From a virus (Duplodnaviria > Caudoviricetes): a stretch of DNA of 64,000 nucleotides. The position numbers and the translations under genes are program-made. A model generated the notes under the pieces. That model worked only from the letters and a program-made list of their open reading frames with translations. It was not told where the DNA came from and did not search any database. Positions 57,061 through 64,000 of this stretch are shown here, piece after piece. The DNA is taken from positions 1 to 64,000 of IMG/VR virus record IMGVR_UViG_3300021958_008605; one strand, written 5' to 3'. Position 1 is the first letter of the stretch. Each line of letters opens with the position of its first letter.

Positions 57061-60000
57061 TTAATCTACCTCTAATATTGGTTCTCCACTACCTCTACCA
57101 CTCTTGTTTACTCTTAATGTATTCGGGTTTGTAGTAAATGTTTGTACAGGTGAACCACCATCTAAAGTAGTTGCCTGTGTTTGTTTTGAACCATTAAAGA
57201 ATGAGTTTTCTAAACCAGTTGTTAAATCCCCAACATTTCTATAATGAGATGGGAAATATCCATTTAATGGAGTTACAGAAACAATATCACCTCCACTTGG
57301 AGTTGATGTTTCTAATCCATTAGAACCAGTAAATGGTAAAATGGTTACTTTGTTTCTATATTTTGTTTGTGTTACAAATTGTGTACCTTGAGATGCATCA
57401 TCTGATATATTTTCTGGTACATCTTCTGTATAAGATTGTTTTACTAAAAATACTTTTACTCTTTCTTTTATTCTATTTCCAGATACATCTATGTAATTTC
57501 TTATAGAATGAGAACCACTTCCATATAATCCAAATCCTAATCTTGATATTCCATCAGGATCCATTCCTATTTGTTCATATGCAGTTGAATCATATTGACC
57601 TTGTACTGAACCTGTGATTTTAGCATCGATATTAAATACAATACCACCCATGGTTGAATCTTTATCTCTTGTAATACTACCAACTAAGTTAATATCGGAT
57701 TCTGCAGATATGGTTGTAGAATAATCAGGATTTGTTCCAGTTAAAGTTACATCACTTTCTGCATCTACAACTCCACTATATTGTGGGTTTGTTCCTTGTA
57801 AATTTATATCAGTTTCTGCATCTACAACTGCGTTATATTGTGGATTTTCACCATTTAGATTTACATCTTCTTCAACATCAATAGTAGTACTCCAATTTCT
57901 TTTTACAGAAGTTGGTTTATTCCATTTTGTTTTACTTCTTTCTAAAATATGTGGTTCAATTAATAATCCACTTGATGTAATTGCTCTATGTGGTACAAGT
58001 GATTCTAAAGTTTCAAATAAAGATTTATCTATATATCTTACTAATTGAATATATTCTTGGAAATTAAGAGAGTATCTATCAAAGTAATAATTTCTTAATT
58101 GTTTTAATTCGCTGTACTCATCCGAGTATTCATCTGCTGGATTACCAATATAATCATCTATACTAAACTCACCCAATCCTTTTAGAATATCTAAATTAAT
58201 TTCTTTAATTGGTGAAAAGAATAACCCTAATCTATTTGAATCAACAGGTGATTGGTCAAATGATTTTTTGGTTGCTCTTGTTCTATAATTTAAATCTAAT
58301 ATTTTAGTTTGTGATTCAAATCTTATTTTATTACCAAAACTAAATCCTGTTGATGGAACATTTGCAGTTACATCTCTATCATATGGTGTATATTGGTATG
58401 GATAACTACTTTCGTTTGTAAATCCACTAGCAACAGATGAAGTACAATAACTTGTTATTATTGCAACATTTTTAATATCAACATCACCACTTGTATGCCT
58501 ATTCTTTGGATATTCAAAATCATTTCTAAATATTAAATCATGAGTTGAAGCTGATATATGATTTCCATCAACTGCATCTGGAAATAATGTGTGATTATCA
58601 ACTCTTGATTCTGATAGTGGTGTTCTCCACAATCGTATTTCATCAACAGAAGCAGTAAGTGTACTACCTCCTACTTTTATCTCACTACCACTAGTCCATC
58701 CACTTACTCCACTTATAGTTAAACTACCACTTACATTAGTTCTAATTCTTTCTTGAAATCCTTCTTTTGCGTAGAATGTAAATACATCATTTCCACTTGT
58801 TGTTTCTTTAGTTACAACAATTTGAGTATATCCATCATTAAATAATGGAGCAGTTTCAGTTGATTCACTAACCAAAGTACTTCCACTCATTACTCTAAGT
58901 TCTACTTTTCCAAGAGAACCTGTATCTTTTAATAAATGTAGAGACCAATCTGAACCGCTTAATATTTCTTGGTCTTGTCTTTGTTCTGTATTTAATCTTA
59001 ATTCAACAGAGTTTGGATAATCTGTACTTAATGTATTACTAAATGGTTTCCAAGGTATTGTTATTGCTGATGAACCACTTATGTTAATAGATGCTGTTCT
59101 ATCTTCAAATGTAAATTTAGTTGTACCACTTTGTGTTGTATCTTTTGGTCCACCAAATTCCATTACAGTTAATAAAGAATTAGGAATACCATAACAACTC
59201 ATAGCCGCATGAAGTGCTCTCTTAGTTCCTTTGTGTTTGTAAAGATATGGTAAGTTATTTAAAATTCTTCTCCAAATTTCTTGTTGTCTATCTTTACCAC
59301 TCATTTCAGTTACAACAGTACCATCGGTATGTTTACCAAAAGCATATTCCCAAAGGAATTGAGATTGTGCTCCCATATCAGCATCAAATCCAAGTGATTC
59401 TAACATATGATAAACTAAATCATTTGTTATTCCATTTTCATATTTATGTTCTAATTTTTTTGAATTAGAAATACCCTTTATATGTGTCCATAAAATATCA
59501 AAGTGTTGTCCAACCATATCAAAGAATAAAACAAACTCTTGTCCTTTATCATCTTCTTGAATGTGTTGTGGTAAGTTATAAGTAAACCTTGATGTATTGG
59601 TATTATCATAATTAGTTGCAGAATCAATAGCACCATTATACCAATCAACAGCAGATGAACTTAGTGGATGTATAATACTACCTGTACTATTTGTTTTTGG
59701 ATATGTAAAAGTATCAGCCGAAGAAGATTCATATAAGAATTTTTCAAAAGAATCAAATCCTTTTTTAATATTGTTTATTTTTGTAAGTTGTGAGTTAGCC
59801 TCATTTGTTACTGAAACAGACCCCGTCCAATCGGTACCTGTTGTTAATAAATTATATCGTGTATCATACGAGTTTATTAGTTTTACTTTATAGTAAAAAT
59901 TTTCTACTCTTTCTACTGCTGAAGAATACTTTACAAAATCTTTCCAATTGTAATCTTTATTTCCTTTAACTAAAACACTATCTACAAAAGAAGTAGATGC

Positions 60001-62532
60001 TGAAACATAATTTATATTTAAGTTATCTTCTGAGAAGTTACTTGATGATACAAATTCATTTACAAGTTCAGTTGAAGATGTAGAACCACTTGCTATTAAA
60101 TCATCAAGTATTTGATAACCAATAGAATCACCGACTTCCAATTCAAAGTTTGGTGTTAATGGTGTACATTTAGAAGATACATCATCTATAATTGTTATCT
60201 GGTCTATTAATGGTATTGATTGTACCTTAGAAAGCCAAACTCTATCATTTGATTGTATTTCTCTTGGCAGTGGTTCATATAGTTTTAATACTATTGATTT
60301 TTCTACATTTCTATATTTTACTTCATTAGTTTCTTCATCTCTATATTCTTCAGAAAATGTAGTTTCATCAACACCCCATGTTGAAATTAATTTATTATCA
60401 CCATTTCCAATATGTAAGTAATGAGTTAATAAAGGAGATATATAATCACTAAAATCAAAATCATTAAAGTTTTTTATAAATGATTCCTTTAAATCATTAA
60501 CAACCTTTCCTCTTCTTAATCTTAAATCACCCTTATCAAATGTAATTTTTACTTCTTCAGTTTTACCTGCAGTTAATTCATTCCCTTCTTCGTTGTAAGG
60601 AATAAATAAAAGTTTAAAAACAGTAACATCTTTATCGATATCTAATGTTTCACCTGCCAATTTAAGTATTTCTGCTACATTTAACTTTTGTTTTCCAGCC
60701 TTAGATACTTTTGTTAATAATGTATTATCTGATTCTTTACCAACAAATATTTTTATGTAGTTAGTATTAATTGATTGCCAAGAAATATCAAAGTCAACAT
60801 CAAATTCTTTAAAATCAGCTCCTACAATATTTTGTGGATAATTAATATGTGTAATATCAGGTCCAGGTAAATAAGCTTTACTTAATACATTTATTAATAC
60901 TTTTTTATTTTCTCCACTACCAGATTTTGATGATACTGGTTGTAAGTAAAGTGTATATTTACCAACACCATTTGTAAAATCAGAATTTTTAAGAACAATA
61001 GAACCACCTCTTCCAATTTCTCTAACAACATCACCTAAAACATAAATAACCTTATCAGCATATTTTGTTTCATAATCAACTGTAACTGTATCTGAACTTG
61101 CTATGTTAAATACAAGGTTTGTGTTCTTAACATTTATAGTTGGTTTTGTTTCACTAGAAGTTATATTTTTGTTTCCTGTTATTTTAATTTCATTTAATCC
61201 AGGCTTTAATTCAAAATATGAATCTATTGCTGATATGTCTTTTCTCTGATTAGTACTATATACAATAGAATATTCTACTTTATGAGTGTAATCACTAATA
61301 TTAACTCCTTCAAACTTAATATAACAATTATTTCGTTTAACATTAAGACCAGCCTTAGTTACTCGTAGTTTAAGTTGTTTACCAGAAACAATACCTTGTT
61401 GTCCATCACTTGTAGTATATTTAATAAACTGATTTTTAGTTGTAAAAGATATATCAGAATCAATGTTAATATCAAATTGATAAACTTTTGGGTCTATTGG
61501 TATTTGTTCAAATGTAAAAAATAATGGATAGTTAGTATATACTTGAGCACCAACAATTCCTGAATTCGTATTTAGTTTTGGAACAGGAACAGGTATTCGT
61601 TCTCCTTTTACTACCTTTGTAACCTGTAATTCATAATAAGTGAAATTTACATTTCCAAATGTTAGTGATGGTTTTTTAAAAGTAGTTGGAGGAAGATACT
61701 TATCATATCCAAATGTAATACCAGTTGATGGCCTATCATAATCAATAGCAGGTACAGGTTGGTTTCCAAACCCACCCAAAGAAAATAATGTTGGATTATT
61801 TCGTTGAGCATTTATATTAAACTCAAATGATGGTTTAAAATCAATATCCTTTTCAAACTTTATCCTATCTTGAAAATCTGCAATAACAAAATCATTATCT
61901 AAATCTAAATCTAAAACTGGTTTTATTGGTTTTAAAAGTTGTCGTTGAACTGTCTTTACAAAATAAGTTTCATTAGAAGTAATACTTGTATTAGAAATAA
62001 CTTGGATTTTCTTTTCCTGTAATAATTCTTTTTCTTTAAATTTTAATCCTAATTTAATATCAGTACTATCAACTCCATCTACAACAACTTTACCAACTTT
62101 GCCATCTGCCTTAATATTAAACGATATTTCTTTGTTTAAATTACTTGATAACGGTGGTGGGTTGTAAAAACAACTACCATCATCTCTTGTTGCGTTTGGA
62201 TTATAATTTTTAGCATTGGGGTCTGTACATCCTCCTATTAAAGTTGAACCCGGTCCACCATTTACAATTAAATCATTTGGGTCAAATCTATTTGTACCAT
62301 CTCCAAGTTCTTCGTCTAATCTTCTAAAATTTTCAAGATTGTTTTGAGTTTGTAGATTTCCATCAATTCCAAGTGTAACAGTTCCATCAGAGTTATAGAC
62401 AGCGGATGATGCTACCACAGTATCACCAGGTAACATCGGTGGTGGTGGTGAACCAGGATTTGAATCTATGATAACTCTAGGAGTCCCAGATACATAATCA
62501 TCAAACATGTCTTTTTCTCTTAATTTATCCAT
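57061..62532 (-). CDS. Large baseplate wedge-like structural protein (1823 aa)
   Basis: LPYLYKHKGTKRAL...YG resembles P2 gpI/baseplate wedge motif; LamG-like segment (DEIRLW); GCTD repeat near the N-terminus. Confidence 0.6.
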   Translation of the reverse strand: MDKLREKDMFDDYVSGTPRVIIDSNPGSPPPPMLPGDTVVASSAVYNSDGTVTLGIDGNLQTQNNLENFRRLDEELGDGTNRFDPNDLIVNGGPGSTLIGGCTDPNAKNYNPNATRDDGSCFYNPPPLSSNLNKEISFNIKADGKVGKVVVDGVDSTDIKLGLKFKEKELLQEKKIQVISNTSITSNETYFVKTVQRQLLKPIKPVLDLDLDNDFVIADFQDRIKFEKDIDFKPSFEFNINAQRNNPTLFSLGGFGNQPVPAIDYDRPSTGITFGYDKYLPPTTFKKPSLTFGNVNFTYYELQVTKVVKGERIPVPVPKLNTNSGIVGAQVYTNYPLFFTFEQIPIDPKVYQFDINIDSDISFTTKNQFIKYTTSDGQQGIVSGKQLKLRVTKAGLNVKRNNCYIKFEGVNISDYTHKVEYSIVYSTNQRKDISAIDSYFELKPGLNEIKITGNKNITSSETKPTINVKNTNLVFNIASSDTVTVDYETKYADKVIYVLGDVVREIGRGGSIVLKNSDFTNGVGKYTLYLQPVSSKSGSGENKKVLINVLSKAYLPGPDITHINYPQNIVGADFKEFDVDFDISWQSINTNYIKIFVGKESDNTLLTKVSKAGKQKLNVAEILKLAGETLDIDKDVTVFKLLFIPYNEEGNELTAGKTEEVKITFDKGDLRLRRGKVVNDLKESFIKNFNDFDFSDYISPLLTHYLHIGNGDNKLISTWGVDETTFSEEYRDEETNEVKYRNVEKSIVLKLYEPLPREIQSNDRVWLSKVQSIPLIDQITIIDDVSSKCTPLTPNFELEVGDSIGYQILDDLIASGSTSSTELVNEFVSSSNFSEDNLNINYVSASTSFVDSVLVKGNKDYNWKDFVKYSSAVERVENFYYKVKLINSYDTRYNLLTTGTDWTGSVSVTNEANSQLTKINNIKKGFDSFEKFLYESSSADTFTYPKTNSTGSIIHPLSSSAVDWYNGAIDSATNYDNTNTSRFTYNLPQHIQEDDKGQEFVLFFDMVGQHFDILWTHIKGISNSKKLEHKYENGITNDLVYHMLESLGFDADMGAQSQFLWEYAFGKHTDGTVVTEMSGKDRQQEIWRRILNNLPYLYKHKGTKRALHAAMSCYGIPNSLLTVMEFGGPKDTTQSGTTKFTFEDRTASINISGSSAITIPWKPFSNTLSTDYPNSVELRLNTEQRQDQEILSGSDWSLHLLKDTGSLGKVELRVMSGSTLVSESTETAPLFNDGYTQIVVTKETTSGNDVFTFYAKEGFQERIRTNVSGSLTISGVSGWTSGSEIKVGGSTLTASVDEIRLWRTPLSESRVDNHTLFPDAVDGNHISASTHDLIFRNDFEYPKNRHTSGDVDIKNVAIITSYCTSSVASGFTNESSYPYQYTPYDRDVTANVPSTGFSFGNKIRFESQTKILDLNYRTRATKKSFDQSPVDSNRLGLFFSPIKEINLDILKGLGEFSIDDYIGNPADEYSDEYSELKQLRNYYFDRYSLNFQEYIQLVRYIDKSLFETLESLVPHRAITSSGLLIEPHILERSKTKWNKPTSVKRNWSTTIDVEEDVNLNGENPQYNAVVDAETDINLQGTNPQYSGVVDAESDVTLTGTNPDYSTTISAESDINLVGSITRDKDSTMGGIVFNIDAKITGSVQGQYDSTAYEQIGMDPDGISRLGFGLYGSGSHSIRNYIDVSGNRIKERVKVFLVKQSYTEDVPENISDDASQGTQFVTQTKYRNKVTILPFTGSNGLETSTPSGGDIVSVTPLNGYFPSHYRNVGDLTTGLENSFFNGSKQTQATTLDGGSPVQTFTTNPNTLRVNKSGRGSGEPILEVD
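57676..57885 (-). repeat. 19-aa tandem repeat, about 3.7 copies
   Basis: TIDVEEDVNLNGENPQYNA / VVDAETDINLQGTNPQYSG / VVDAESDVTLTGTNPDYST / TISAESDINLVGS. Confidence 0.85.
62170..62232 (-). repeat. GCTD...DGSC 21-aa repeat, copy 1
   Basis: GCTDPNAKNYNPNATRDDGSC. Confidence 0.85.
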
Positions 62533-64000
62533 TACTTAATATTCCTTATATTCACTGGTCTATCTACGAAATCACCAGGATTAGTATATGGGTTTATTGG
62601 GTCTCTTCCACCATCATCAAATAATACTTCATCTCTAAATGAACCACCTCCTCCACCAGAGCCTCCACTTGAACCTCCTGATGGAAGTCCTGCTCCAATT
62701 ACAATTACATTATTATTTTCTTCAATTCCACATTTTTCTAATTTAATAAATTTCATTCCAGGTGGTAATATTAAACTGTTTTCTTGAGCACACACCAAGT
62801 ATTCAGAACCAGGTGGTACACCTTCACTTGTGAGTATATTACCAACTGCATCTTTATATTTAAAACTCAAAGTCTGACCTTTACTTATAGATATTGTTCC
62901 TCCATCAATTTCATCAAATGGATATGGTCTACCAATATAATCATCTGCATAACCACCACCCAACCAATCACCAGCAGGACGTTTTCCATTCCACCCATCA
63001 TACACAATTGGTTTACCTGTAAATCTTTTTATTTCTGTTTGATTTATAACCCTATATGTAAATAATTTATTGGCAATGGGTTTTAGTTTTGGAGTTGTTC
63101 TAACATCTCCACTAAATTTAATACTACCATCATCATCATATGTTATCTCAAACATATCAAATTCAATACCTGAAAGAAGATTAGCTGTACCATTTAGTTT
63201 ATATTTAATACTACCCTTTTCTGACCAAACATAGAATTTTTGAGTTTTTGTTGGTGTAGTATTATCATATTTACAACTACCATCATCCTTCGTTGCTTTA
63301 GGGTTATAGTTTAAAGCACTAGAATCAGTACAACCTTCAATATCAATAGGGTCATCATTGTAGATACAACTTCCATCGTTTTCCTGAGCAGATGGATTAT
63401 AGTTTTTTGCATTAGGGTCTGTACATCCTCGTACTGTTGTATCACTTGGCTCTGTTGAATCGTACAATGTATTTGATACTGACGATTTTAATATTTGTTT
63501 AACTTCATCAAAAGTTATTTGTTCTTCTGGTGTTAGTATATTATCATCTTGAATATCTCTTTTAGGTAAGTACTTTGAAATTATATTAGTAATAGATTGT
63601 TCCATTACTTGTTTAATTGTATCAATAGAAAGTTCAATTACATCTAACTTATTTTTTGGTTTACCATAATTGATGTTACTAATATCCCACTCTCTATCAT
63701 CAATAAAATAATTGACAGATTCTATAAATTTATCTCTTAAAATTTTTATAAAAATTTCAATATTTTCTATTTTAAATTCTTTTTTAATCAAAGATTGATA
63801 TGTTTTATTATCTTTTTGCTTTCCTTTAATCAAACTAAAAGTTTTTAAAACTTTTTCTGTTGTTACATTTTCTATAAATTGTTTAGCAAAATAAATTGTA
63901 TCATCTCTAAACTGACCTTTCTTTGTTAAAACATCATATCTTTTTTCTAAATCTTTGTTTGGTAGTTTTTCTTTTTTAATTGGAACAACTCGTATCTCTG
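62532..64000 (-). CDS. Partial CDS (starts beyond window end): probable structural protein with two GCTD repeats
   Basis: The frame stays open upstream of the track's TTG at 63833 to the window edge (...EIRVVPIKKEKLPNKDLEKRYDV...); Gly-rich tail. Confidence 0.7.
   Translation of the reverse strand, partial: EIRVVPIKKEKLPNKDLEKRYDVLTKKGQFRDDTIYFAKQFIENVTTEKVLKTFSLIKGKQKDNKTYQSLIKKEFKIENIEIFIKILRDKFIESVNYFIDDREWDISNINYGKPKNKLDVIELSIDTIKQVMEQSITNIISKYLPKRDIQDDNILTPEEQITFDEVKQILKSSVSNTLYDSTEPSDTTVRGCTDPNAKNYNPSAQENDGSCIYNDDPIDIEGCTDSSALNYNPKATKDDGSCKYDNTTPTKTQKFYVWSEKGSIKYKLNGTANLLSGIEFDMFEITYDDDGSIKFSGDVRTTPKLKPIANKLFTYRVINQTEIKRFTGKPIVYDGWNGKRPAGDWLGGGYADDYIGRPYPFDEIDGGTISISKGQTLSFKYKDAVGNILTSEGVPPGSEYLVCAQENSLILPPGMKFIKLEKCGIEENNNVIVIGAGLPSGGSSGGSGGGGGSFRDEVLFDDGGRDPINPYTNPGDFVDRPVNIRNIK
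63273..63428 (-). repeat. GCTD...DGSC 21-aa repeats, copies 2 and 3
   Basis: GCTDPNAKNYNPSAQENDGSC (63366-63428) and GCTDSSALNYNPKATKDDGSC (63273-63335). Confidence 0.85.

Noticed and set aside
1916-63065. Numerous short plus-strand ORFs (60-134 aa) in the ORF track
   Set aside because: All lie antisense within longer, motif-bearing minus-strand genes, have low-complexity Ile/Leu/Phe/Ser shadow composition and no recognisable motifs.
62532-63833. Start codon at 63833 (TTG) as given in the ORF track
   Set aside because: The frame is open to the window edge, so the gene most likely begins beyond 64000.
1-64000. CRISPR array, tRNA/rRNA, IS elements, stop-codon recoding
   Set aside because: No regularly spaced DNA repeats, RNA-gene signatures or transposases were seen. 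Long ORFs with intact motifs translate under code 11, so no recoding is indicated.

Overview
AT-rich, gene-dense segment of what appears to be a large (jumbo-type) tailed bacteriophage genome. Nearly everything is encoded on the minus strand. Positions 1-39,142 hold a ~39 kb glycan biosynthesis and decoration cluster of about 38 genes. It contains nucleotide-sugar enzymes (six SDR epimerase/dehydratase domains including GDP-mannose 3,5-epimerase-like and Gmd-like proteins, RfbC, a UDP-sugar dehydrogenase, an HldE-type kinase, a cytidylyltransferase). It also contains a split TPP enzyme, a DegT aminotransferase, an amidinotransferase, three radical SAM proteins, four SGNH-like proteins, a methyltransferase and many known or putative glycosyltransferases. 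Among these are six paralogues of an unnamed GT10-like family and three GT7 enzymes, each with a lectin (LamG/ConA) domain inserted inside the catalytic domain. No flippase, polymerase or obvious membrane protein is seen. Positions 39,152-64,000 hold virion genes (tail assembly proteins, a 2863-aa tail-like protein carrying a Hint/intein-like domain, baseplate/tail-collar-like proteins), a fused SbcD-SbcC (gp47/gp46) nuclease, a DnaG-type primase, a GIY-YIG-like protein, a sulfotransferase and one small plus-strand ribbon-helix-helix gene missed by the ORF track. The strongest candidate for a new system is a phage-encoded virion glycosylation pathway. By manual count a [S/T]-G-S tripeptide occurs about 50 times in five virion proteins versus about twice in all enzymes, and it is a candidate acceptor sequon. 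A recurrent ATATTTATA upstream motif and a Bacteroidota-type TTTG-N20-TAnnTTTG promoter are also present. All functional calls are from motif recognition by eye; no database searches were run.
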